From positions 558,001 to 622,000 of the forward strand of contig CP145426.1 of NCBI GenBank assembly GCA_036867785.1: DNA of 64,000 nucleotides, given 5' to 3'. Position 1 is the first letter of the stretch; every line of letters starts with the position of its first letter. The stretch comes from Plasmodiophora brassicae (taxonomy: Eukaryota). Positions 1 through 10,622 of the stretch are shown piece by piece. Under the pieces are notes generated by a model. That model was not told where the DNA came from, did not search any database, and worked only from the letters and a program-made list of their open reading frames with translations. A program made the position numbers and the translations under genes.

Positions 1-367
1 ATCTGCTGAATAGTTACTTGCCGCAGTTCTATGACGAGTTTACTCCAGATGGCTGTCAGCATTTGCGCGATGTGTTCGGTTGCTCGCGCTTGACGAAGGA
101 ATTTATCGAGAAGTTCTGCGACGGTCACGTTCATGCAACGCAATTAGAAGATGCTGCTCCCGAAGGCGTTCCGAATGATCCACGGGTCACCATTCACTGA
201 AAGCCCACGTTATTCCCATGATCAGTCATGACGGAAATAATACATGGATCATGATCCACATGTTTTTTCCGCTTGATCCACTTATTTCTTCCTGTTGATG
301 CAAAAATTTCTTCCGAGTGATCCAAGTGTTTCTTCCGAGTGATGCAAATATTTGTTTCCACCGTAAG
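1..367 (+). mobile_element. 3' end and TIR of the Tc1/IS630-like transposon (duplicate copy, cut by the window edge)
   Basis: Transposase C-terminus ...NDPRVTIH* ends at 200. The TIR ends ...TCCACCGTAAG at 367 and is followed by TA. Confidence 0.9.
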
Positions 368-1699
368 TATCTTTAATACATATCAACTTCTCCGAAATAT
401 ATGCTCGCTAGGTTGCAAAAATGGCTTAAAACATGAATAGTTGCACCGAAATAATTCGTTGTATTCAACTATTGGTCACCAAGGGTCGGGAATGTCAGAC
501 ACGAGCCGGAATCGGTCATCCATCATAGAGAACCGCAGCTTTCGTGTCACGTTCTCCAACAGGACGGCGTTGAAAGTCGCCATGTCAGCGGATACTTGAT
601 CAAACGAGCGTTCATCCCGGAACACGTCGTGGTCGGCGTCGATGCCGGTGTTGTCGATGGCATCCTTGAAACTGCCCAGGAAATCCATCAGTAGGGACTT
701 GGCCCGACAATGGCCTTCTTCACAACCTTGACTTTTCTGGAAGAGGAACTGTCAGAAATTCCCAAAGTGCGCCTTCTCTTGTTAATTTGGCTGTGTATAA
801 CTGCAAGCGTGGCCAAATCAGAAGAAATATCTCAGATCCGTCACAAGCAACGCCACATACTGTTGCCGGTCTTCCTTTCGGGGAATTGTGCGGCTATATC
901 CTTTGCTATGAACTTCTCTCGCACTAGCCAGGAAATTGCAGCCCTGCGAATTTCCGTCCTTAAGGAATTTGGGACTGCGTCCGTCAGGTTGCCATCGGCC
1001 ACCGTACTAATTAACGTGAATCAATCCATTAGAAAGGCAGCATGACAAAATACCTTTCCGTCAGGCTGACGCACACATCCCGTAGCTGGCCGCGTTCTGA
1101 CTCCACTTTCTGCCTCTTGGAGTTGCCGAGGTACGGCACAAGCAGTGTCGGTTCAAGAGGAACGGGGTCTTTGCGTTTGAAACACTCGACGGTTGCACCA
1201 TCTTTCCGGGTATAGGCGTGGCCACTCCATTGCGATCCCTGGCCTGAAACGGATTCATCTAGGGGAGTCTCACTGTCTCCTATTTCCAAGGACCGGCCAC
1301 GGCCACCGTTAACGGTGGCCCGTCCTTGGAATTAGGAGGTTGCCATTCACTTCAAGCTGGCGGTCCGGTACAGGCCGACTTACCGGTATCGATGGCGGCT
1401 TCACGATCGGCAGGGCCGTGGATGGACGACGGTTGCGCGTCAGCGGCGCCATGTCACTTGGGCGATTTGAACTGAGCGCCCCACCAAGTCCCCGCAATCC
1501 GTGGCGGACTCCGCGGCGCTTTACTTTAGGGCCTGCTTCATATAAGGCGACGTGATGAGTTTTTTGGCCGCCTCAGGTCGACCGGTTAAAAAACGATTCT
1601 CCAGTGTGCCTTGTGCGGCCACCGGATCCGTCGTCGTCATTGGGCACGCGATGACCTCGGTGAGTCACGGCTGTATGGCTTGTGGTCGTGAGCCGCGTA

Positions 1700-2068
1700 G
1701 CCACGATTTCGGGCTGTGTTTACTGATCAAGCAGCCCAAAGTGCCAGAGACATTAGGGGTCTCGCTTGAGCGTCTGGGAGGTAAAGGAACGGCCCGTAAC
1801 AAGTGTATGTCGGCTCCCCGGCATAGGCGGTATGGCGAAAGAGGTCCGATAAGAGTGCAGTCGACAAGTCCGAGCGAATCACGTCCCCGTTCCGATATCG
1901 TCCAAGGCGCGATGAACCCAGTACAAAGGTGACGGGCCGGCACGGCCAGGCCGGGGGATGTTGGCGTTCTGCTGCTGAACCTTCGATCCTCAGACTCGAG
2001 ACCAAGGCGCCTGCGTGACGAAAAAGCGCGAAAAACAAATAAAACTAAACTAAGTAACTAACTAAACT
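1700..2068 (+). mobile_element. Retroelement terminal/3' segment with AACT-type tandem tail (mirror copy ~22924-23292); homologous to 31012-31441
   Basis: Shares blocks such as CCCAGwACArAGGTGAC...GCGTTCTGC and AGGCGCCTGCGT...AAAAGCGCGAAAwACAAATAAA with 31012-31441 and ends in (AACT/AAACT)n. The 5' boundary is uncertain. Confidence 0.55.
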
Positions 2069-2204
2069 CAAGACCTCCCGGCGATTCGCCTACAATTTCG
2101 TCAGTCGCTGTCGAAACTAGAGACGCTGTCTCCTATCCTGCTGATGACGATTTCCGTATGATGCATGTGCCGTTGACTTGTTCCGTCTTTGTGCTAAGTA
2201 TCGT

Positions 2205-2370
2205 GAATTTACAGTCCATTCCCTGGATCATGTTCCGGATATCGTCGAGTCTTTGGCCCGATGTCCGGATTAGTGTGGACGTTTCCCATTGAAAGATGGA
2301 TGAAACTTATCAAAGCCCTATGCACATCCACACGGGGTCAATCTGCCAACATCGTTGCCAACTACCGTAA
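2205..2370 (+). pseudogene. CACTA/EnSpm-like transposase C-terminal fragment (DUF4218-like); mirror at ~22622-22787 (-)
   Basis: Frameshifted translation EFTVHSLDHVPDIVES..PMSGLVWTFPIERWMKLIK matches the H-L-H...GP..W.FP.ER motif. Confidence 0.65.
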
Positions 2371-2564
2371 TTTCCGCCCTAATAACCCCCGCCAATGTGC
2401 TCTACGGACATTTCCAACTGGCTGGGTGGGGATATTTGGGCGGGACTTTTCACCCTAGGGGGACAACGAGAGCAGGAAAATGGCGCCAAACGAAAGCGCG
2501 CGTCGAGAGGAGTCCAAGGTATCCGCATTTCCTATTGTCGAGGTCGCTGATGGGCCGTGGTGTC

Positions 2565-3513
2565 TGTCGAGGACCATGTCCTACCACCGGCACACGATGA
2601 CGCTGTGACTGTGCGCGGCTGTGTCACGTCCACAAAAGAGGCTCCGCCACCGTCGCCGTTGCCGGTAACGGCTTTGGCAAGCCCTGTTACACTGCGTTAC
2701 GTCGCCATCGTCTCGCGCCGATGTTAGTGGAATAAATCACTTCGTTATCGTCTTCATCAGATTAACAGTCGTACGCGTTCTACGCGCTTCGAGGCGGCGA
2801 GCCCGCCGGCGCCCCGCGCGCCGGTGCCATCCAGTGCCAGTCCCGCGTCACTGTGTCTCTGCCCTGACCCTGCTTCTGCACAACGCGCCACGAACGCCCA
2901 CTCCAGACCGCGCCACGCGCAAGAGAGTCCAGGCAGATCGCGCTAGCAGGGCAGGTCGTCCTACGGGAATCCAGAACCATTACCGGAACGTAAGCGCCAG
3001 GCGTACGCCGGTCGTACGGGCCTCAATCGCTTGCCTCAACCTCTTCTCGATATAACGTTGTCCGCCGGCGCCTTCGGCGTCGGTGTCGTCCCGAGCCAGG
3101 TCCTCCTCTCTGTGTCGTCATTGACGACTTTGCCCCAGCATATCGCGCCACACCTGTCAGCTCTAGCTACGCCACGATCCGTCTCGTGTCGCGTCAACAA
3201 GCCAAGACATACGAGCACGAGCAAGGTCGTGTTGTACATGATCCAGAGTCGAAGGTCCAGCCGGGACACGTCCGTTCGACCGCCTTCCGCATGCAACCGC
3301 GTGCCGTTGGAGGGGGCGTGTCGAGGACCATGTCCTACCACCGGCACACGATGACGCTGTGACTGTGCGCGGCTGTGTCACGTCCACAAAAGAGGCTCCG
3401 CCACCGTCGCCGTTGCCGGTAACGGCTTTGGCAAGCCCTGTTACACTGCGTTACGTCGCCATCGTCTCGCGCCGATGTTAGTGGAATAAATCACTTCGTT
3501 ATCGTCTTCATCA
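2565..3513 (+). mobile_element. Complete TRIM (non-autonomous mini LTR element), 949 bp, LTR type A
   Basis: Two apparently identical 195-bp TG...CA LTRs (2565-2759, 3319-3513), PBS GATTAACAGTCGTACGC, PPT GGAGGGGGCG, 559-bp non-coding interior, 5-bp TSD GTGTC on both sides. Confidence 0.95.
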
Positions 3514-3578
3514 GTGTCGTCCGGTTCACCCTCGGCGAGAAGATCGCCATCGCCATTGAGGCGTACGAGGAACATGGC

Positions 3579-6500
3579 TGTCGAACAACGTATCCACTAC
3601 GACCAGCAGCACATGCCTGCAGCACGTGAACGCCGTCACGCACTCCGCGACTCCGTGCCCGCCGGCGTTGGCAACCGTTACACCGTCGGCGACTACGTCG
3701 CCACTGTAACGTCCGCCGCACACGCCGTACGTAATATATCCACTCCATTATTGTCTTTCTCAGATTAACAGTCGTATAGGCGCAGGCGCTGAGCCTCTAC
3801 TCGCCATGGCCGAGAGGTGACGCCTAACACGGATGACGACCCGCTGCGTCATCTGTCGCTCGAGGAGATCGACACCCGAATTGCCGAAGCGGAGGCAACG
3901 ATCGCCAGGCAGGAGAAGATCGACCGCCTCCGCGTCCCGCAGCAGCAGCTGGCGCGTCCGACCAGCTGTCCATCGACCCCGGCCATGCCGATCATCGCCG
4001 AGGCGCACAGCCGAAGCGACGCAGGCCGACTGCCCATGCCCAAGTTCGACGGTACTCGAGACTCGTTCACGTCCTGGGTTCAGACAGCTGCACTCTGGTT
4101 TCGCAATCGTGGGTACGCGGACGTCATCGGGATCAACGAAGATGGCTCACCGAATGCGACAACCGGTACGGCACACGACCCACCTCTCGAGGCAGCCGCG
4201 CGCGAGATTCTACTCGTCCACATGCTGGACCACAAGATCGCGTCCGCGTTGTCTTTGTTTCAGGCAGGCTCGGCTGCCAAGTGCTGGCGCGTGCTGTTCC
4301 AGGCGTACAGCCCATCGTCGCTGGCATCGGTCGTGCGCGCCGTCCGCGACCTCGTCACGGTCCAGCACATGCCCGGCGAGTCGGTCGCTGTCGAGGACCA
4401 TGTCCTACCACCGGCACACGATGACATTGTGTGGGTGCGCGACTGTGTCACGTCCACAACAGAGGCTCCGCCACCGTCGCCGTTGCCGGTAACGGCTTTG
4501 GCAAGCCCTGTTACACTGCGTTACGTCGCCATCGTCTCGCGCCGATGTTGGTGGAATAAATCACTTCGTTATTGTCGTTCTTAGTCGCCACGTACGCCGC
4601 CCGAGTTCAAGCAGCGGCTCATCGCGTCCGGTCGACGGTACCGACGGAGATGCTGTCCCTCACCGACGCATTGGTCGCCGTCCTCATCTTGGCCAACGCA
4701 TCATCCGATCTCGACGCCGTCGTCGCTGGCCTGCACAATCGTGCTCTGGACACGCTGCCCAGTGTCTCCGAGGTCGTCGGGTCGTTGACAAGCGAGGAGA
4801 TCAGGGTCCAAGACGTGCGGGACCGACACGACGCGTTCCAAACGGCCAACCGCTCCAGTTGCGCCACATCGACGCGTCCCCGTGGACCACGACGCAACGA
4901 GTCCTGCGTCTTCCATCCCGGATCCAAGCACACTAACGGCGAATGCACGCTGCAACGACACATCTGGTACCGCGACAGCAACGCGAAAACCAATACATCC
5001 TCACCAACGTCCAACGAGTATCCAACGTCTGGCGCTCATCCGGTCGATCCGGCGCCCGAGCCGATGCGTGCTTTGTCGGCACGCCACGCCATCGACGTGT
5101 ACGCGAACTCAGTAGGCCTACTGGACTCAGCGTGTTCCACGACGATGACGCCCCTGCGCCGACATCTCAGCTGCTATCGCCAAGGCACCGGACCGGAAGT
5201 TGAGCTAGCCGATCTGTCGCGTACGACCACTTCCGGTCGAGGCGTGACGTCATTCGGCATGGATGTCCAGGCGACGAGTATCGATTCGCTGCACGTTCCC
5301 CGACTTGGCCAAGCGCTAGTATCAGTTGGCCAGCTCACCAGATCAGGTCACAAGATCGTGTTCGACGGCGATACCGCGAAGATCTACTCGGGGGCCAACT
5401 GGACGGCGCCCGTCGGTCAGCCAGTGGCCGTCAGTCAACGAGGACACGATAACCTGTACCGGATTCCATTATCCGCTCCAACATCCGCGCCCGGCACACT
5501 TCATTCCGCCCGAGTCTGCTCCTTGATCGCATCCAGCGTCTCATGCCGCGTCGCTAAGGTCACCGCCGCAGCTCCAGCTGTCTGGCACGCTCGAACCGGC
5601 CACCTGGGTTACGGCAACCTGCGCATCTCGTCCATAGCAATCTGTCCGGACGGTGGCCTGTCGTCGGTGTCGGCGGCTTTGAGTACTACCAGACCATGCT
5701 GGACGATTCCTCTCGGTACCTGTCCGTCTATCTGCTACGTCGCAAATCGGAGGCGCTCGACGTCATCAAGGACTATGACGCGCGTCTTCGCAACCAGGAA
5801 GGACGTGGTATCCGGACGTTCCAGACTGACGGTGGCGGCGAGTACAACTCCAAGGCGTGCGTCCTGTTCTACAACGAGTCCGGCATCCTGCACCGCAAAT
5901 CTGTCCCGTACACGCCCGAGCAGAACGGCCGCGCTGAAAGCGTCAACTACACGCTCTGCGGTATCGAAAGCTCAATCCGGTGCCACTCTAGCATGCCTGA
6001 CTCCACGTGGCCCTGGTCGCTGTCCTACTCTGCGATACTGTACAACATCCACCCGAGATCAGTCCTTCCCGGGCGTCGCACATCGTTCGAGGCTGCTCGT
6101 CGCGCCCTACCTAACATCTCGACCCTTCGTGTCTTGCGATGCCTATGCCATGCGACCACATCCAGCCACGAAGAAGCCGAGCAAGTTGGAGCCTCGTCGT
6201 GTTCGCGCTGTGTTCATCGGTTTCACGCCCGGCATGAAGGCTTGGCGGTTCTACGACGTGGACCGGGAAGACACGTTCGAGAGCACGACTGCCGAGTTCC
6301 TGGAGACCTCGTTCACATTCGGCTTTGGAAGATCCAGCCCTGCTAGTTCATCATCAGCGCCACCGTCCAGTCCCGAGTCGAGCTCTGCGCCGAACGTTGA
6401 CACGATCGTCCCGACGCCCGTCTCTTCCGACGCCGTCATGGCACCTCTACCATCGACGTCAGCATCCTCTCTCGCAGCATCCCCTCCCGAGCCTCCGTCA

Positions 6501-6841
6501 CCTGCCGCTGCGTCATCGCCTTCCGAGATCGTCCGACCGTCGCGCTCACCGTCTCCTGATGACGTATCCACCGACGAAGATGATGATGACGCTGAAGATG
6601 ATCCCGACTACGAAGGTTCGGCGTCCAGCAACGACTCTCCCAACGAAGCTGCCGATCCCGACGTCCACGACAATTCCGATGCTGCTGATATCGTCGACCA
6701 CAATGTCATCGACGTGCCACGCCCTCGCCGATCGAATCGTCGTCGTCAACCGCCTGGTGAATGGTGGAAGGCGCCGGAGGCGGCCAATCGTTCGTCGACA
6801 CGGTGGTCCTCGACGGTCGACGCCTGGTTCCAGAATCCGAC
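3579..6841 (+). mobile_element. 5' half of the Ty1/copia element (LTR-B, gag, protease, integrase), truncated at the duplication breakpoint
   Basis: 184-bp LTR 3579-3762, PBS, gag (KFDG...W...), protease LLDSACS, WHARTGH, integrase TDGGGEY...TPEQNGRAE, SKLEPR. Frameshifts are present and there is no RT. Confidence 0.92.
4389..4583 (+). mobile_element. Solo LTR-A inserted in copia gag (mirror 20409-20603)
   Basis: 195 bp, TG...TA ends, TSD GTCGC. It splits PGESVA|TYAARVQ. Confidence 0.92.
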
Positions 6842-6921
6842 ATTTGCGGAGGCCGCGAAACGGTCTTCTTAGATGCCAGACGCAGATTCTTACAATCTTA
6901 CATTTGTCTGTGCGGAGTCCG

Positions 6922-7117
6922 TGTCGAGGACAATGTCGTACCACCGGCACCCGGTGACGTCGTGACTGTGCGCGACTGCGTAACGTCCACGGCAGAGGCT
7001 CCGCCACTGACGCCGTTGTCGGTAACGACTTGGCAACCCCTGTTAAAACAGCGTTACGTCGCCGCCGTCTCGCGCCGATGTCGGTCGGAATAAATCACTT
7101 CGTTATCGTCTTCATTA
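6922..7117 (+). mobile_element. Solo LTR-A variant
   Basis: 196 bp, TG...TA ends, TSD GTCCG (6917-6921 / 7118-7122). Confidence 0.9.
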
Positions 7118-7361
7118 GTCCGTACGGCGTACGGACGTCAAAGGCGCTGTCGCAAGTTGGGTGTGGTCAAAGTGATGACTGATGTCGGCGAACGGGGAGC
7201 CGAAGAAGAAGCGCAAGTCATCGCCTAACTGGCACGACTCCGATATCGGCGTCCTGTTGGATGTGATTGAGATTGCCATGCCGTTAGGTGGAATGGGCCT
7301 GCGACCAGCCGTCAACACAATCAAAGCACTCGTGTGAAGCATTTCTTACTGATATGGTCAT

Positions 7362-8347
7362 CATATGAGCACGTGCAAGGCGGTGTTGTTCATGATTCAG
7401 AGTCAAAGTCAAAGGTCCAGCCGGGACACATCCGTTCGACAGTCTTCCGCATGCAACCGCGTGCCGTTGGAGGGGGCGTGTTGAGGATCAAGCCGTTACC
7501 GACAACGGCGTCAGTGGCGGAGCCTCTGCCGAGGACGTTACGCAGTCGCGCACTGTCACGGTGTCACCGTGTGCCGGTGGTACGACATGATCCTCAACAC
7601 GCCCCCTCCAACGGCACGCGGTTGCATGCGGAAGACTGTCGAACGGATGTGTCCCGGCTGGACCTTTGACTCTGAATCATGAACAACACCGCCTTGCACG
7701 TGCTCATATGCCTGGGCTCGTTGACGCGGCACGAGACGGATCGTGGCGTAGCTTGGGGTGACATGAATGGCGCAATTTGCTGAGGCGGGTTCGACGATGA
7801 CGCGCAGGGTGTTGGATCTGGCTCAGGACGACGTCGACGCAGATTGCGCCGACGGACAACGTTATCTTGCGAAGCGATTGAGGCAAGCGATTGAGGCCCG
7901 TACGACCGGCGTACGCCTGGCACTTACGTCCCGGTACTGGTTCTGGATCCCCTTAATGACGGCCTGCCTTGCTGGCGCGATCTGCCTGGACTCTCTTGCG
8001 CGTGGCGCGGACTCGAGCGGGCGTTCGTGGCGCGTTGTGCAGAAGCAGGGTCAGGGCAGAGACACAGTGGCGCGGGACTGGCACTGGATGGCACCGGCGC
8101 GCGGGGCGCCGGTGGGCTCACCGCCTCGAAGCGCGCAGAACGCTTACGACTGTTAATCTAAGGAAGACAATAGCGAAGTGAAGTGTATTACGTACGGCGT
8201 TTGCGCAACGGCACGGTGGACGTTACAGTGGCGACGTAGTCGCCGACGACGTAACGGCTGCCAACGGCGGCGAGCGCGGAGTTTCGGAGTGCGTGACGGC
8301 GTGCTGCAGGCATGTGCTGCTGGTTGTACTGGACATGTTGTTTGACA
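7362..8347 (-). mobile_element. Rearranged TRIM: B-like 5' LTR, internal region, truncated A-type 3' LTR and a fold-back duplication
   Basis: LTR at 8159-8347 and PBS ending at 8158. The interior is homologous to 2760-3318, with a PPT at ~7600-7609 and a partial LTR-A at 7491-7599. Positions 7362-7490 are an inverted copy of 7588-7710. Confidence 0.8.
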
Positions 8348-8399
8348 GCTGGCCCTAAATACTCCATCTCAGCGAGAGCGGCGCGAAATTCCAAAGCAA

Positions 8400-9900
8400 T
8401 ATTGTCAAGGGCAGACTTGGGAATTGCCTTTGACAAAAGGAGGTTTTGCCTTTGACAAAAGGAGGTTTGCGCAGTGAAGAAAAGTAAAGAATGCCGACCA
8501 GAAACGCATCCGTGTCAGGCTATTCAAGAGAACGGAAGGATTGCAGAGAGAGAAGAAAACAGCGATACCAAAGTCGCCGATCCAGGGCATGGTATTGTGA
8601 CCCTTCCAGCCAGACCTGTTGAAGCAATTCGAAGGCCGATCTCCGTTTCCTAAACTTTCCTTATCAAATACGGCGTCACTATACCATGACATTACAGTTA
8701 CCAGTAGGCCACTTGATAGAGTCCAGGACCTCGTGCAGTCGCTTCGACAGAGAGGTTCCACTTGCAGTGGCAGGATACCGTGTAGGGTCAACTGGAATGT
8801 GCCACGGCGGACAGTCGCTGCAAGTTCCATCGAGGCTTGAACAAGAATGGAAGACAGTCCGTCCGAAGTACTCCTCCAGCTAATTAAACATGTCAATTAC
8901 CCCACTGATTCTTCGCGCACACTGCATGCAACCTTACCGGGGGGATGTAGAAGTTTCGATGGCCTTTGAAGTTGATGATATCAAAAACGCGAGGCAGGAA
9001 GTTTAACAGAAGACAGTGTAGCGTGCATAGTACGAACATGACCGTACTATTAAATCCGGATACCAGACCGGTACTATACGCATCCGTTCTAGATGCACTG
9101 GCAGGTTTCGATTTGAACCCTAACGTAGACGTTAATATCTATGGTTCAGCTAAGTCGGTAATACTCACGATTAGGTATGTCGCGAATTGCGTCCCTTATG
9201 GACGCCCACCTTGCTGCCTAGGGTGCCTTCTTGAAGGTTCTCTCACACCTTCGTCGAACGGGGTGCCCATTCGGTAGACAACCCCAGACGTGCGGAAACA
9301 GTTTGCGGTCACTGCAGTAGATGCCCGCGACATCACAGCGGTTGCACGCGTTGGACAGCCCTTGTGACGACAAGGATGCCACTTTTGCCAGTTCTACATA
9401 ATCATGACCCTGACATATGTCAGAACACTGGCAGACGCGCTCGAGCAACGATGAGTACCTGGTGGACGTGGAGAAGACGCATCCACTTAAGGGACCCATC
9501 GGACGCGTCCCGGAAAGGTACCGCAAACTTGAAGCCAATGTTGTGCTCCACGACTTGTAACCTGAAGATTGAATTTAATTATATTATTGCAATCTGAACA
9601 GGGATAAAGCATATCAAACCGGCGAAAAAGATGCTGGACCGCTTTCGGGGAACTGGCCGGCATGAGGCCAATGAGCATGACGAAGCCGCGGTTGCACCGT
9701 AGTTCCTGTCTCAATGCGAGATTTACGAGCAGCATCGGGATCAAGGACTCGTTCGTCCACTTCGTAACGCGCGCGCCATCTATGCCAACAGATGTTGCAA
9801 TGGGAAAGACGTCTTCCCTATTGAAGAGTATCACACGGACGCGATAATAAGCAGGTGAAGTGGACTACCGATCGCATTCGCTCATGAAAGGAGCAAAAGT
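8400..9900 (-). pseudogene. Degenerate CACTA/EnSpm-like transposase (Transposase_21-like core)
   Basis: Fragments GIDGARVTKWTNESLIPMLLVNLAL..R...MLIGLMP, AKVASL...CNRCDVAGIY and SGWKGHN...W, with stops and frameshifts. Confidence 0.65.
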
Positions 9901-10622
9901 TTCCTGAAAAACGGAAGCATCACTCCAATCGTTGTACGTGTGGGATGGGTGCACCTGAGTCCGTCTATACTGTTGTAGCTGCTCATTCATGTTTTCCGCC
10001 AGGAATCTGCAGCCCCACTGCAATATGATCTGTCACAATGGAAATGTCAAAAGAGCAAAGGATCTCATCATTTGCGCGAACCTGCAACAACATTGGCAGA
10101 TAATAACAGGAACTTGTACGATTTCGGCAGCACGGCGGCCGTACACGGTTCACGTTATGGGCAGGCCAAACATGGCCTACATCACAATACCTATACTCGA
10201 TAAACGGGCAAGTTGAGAAAGACAATAATGGAGTGGATATATTACGTACGGCGTGTGCGGCGGACGTTACAGTGGCGACGTAGTCGCCGACGGTGTAACG
10301 GTTGCCAACGCCGGCGGGCACGGAGTCGCGGAGTGCGTGACGGCGTTCACGTGCTGCAGGCATGTGCTGCTGGTCGTAGTGGATACATTGTTCGACACGC
10401 CCCCTCCAGCAGCACACGGCCTGGGACTTGTGTCGATGATGCCGGCCAGGAGCAGGTTCGCATTGTGACGACAGAGCAAGATGTGTCAACCACACGGATT
10501 GACCGACTGAGGTCGGTCCAACGCCGTGGACGTTTATTGTAGTAGTGCGCTGCGGAGGAGCCCAATTAGGTGCCGGCTGAGTCGCCAAGACAGCGACTCG
10601 ACCGTGACATAATAGTCCCCTT

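Larger units (their letters stand above)
1..6841 (+). repeat. Left arm of a large inverted duplication (pairs with 18151-24991; may extend beyond the window start)
   Basis: Position x pairs with 24992-x and the ORF sets mirror each other (e.g. 476-688 vs 24304-24516). One mismatch was noticed (553/24439, ENV vs EDV). Identity stops abruptly at 6841/18151. Confidence 0.97.

Noticed and set aside
1029-1289. Tyrosine-recombinase motif in SGHAYTRKDGAT
   Set aside because: The spacing is HxxxR rather than HxxR and there are no supporting motifs; probably chance.
2120-2160. Hammerhead ribozyme near CTGATGA
   Set aside because: No stem II followed by GAAA and no cleavage triplet could be assembled.
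2760-2783. tRNA-Asn gene on the minus strand
   Set aside because: Only the anticodon-arm complement is present, with no acceptor or T arm. It is interpreted as a PBS.
8424-8468. 22-bp tandem duplication
   Set aside because: A simple slippage lesion in a dead transposase.
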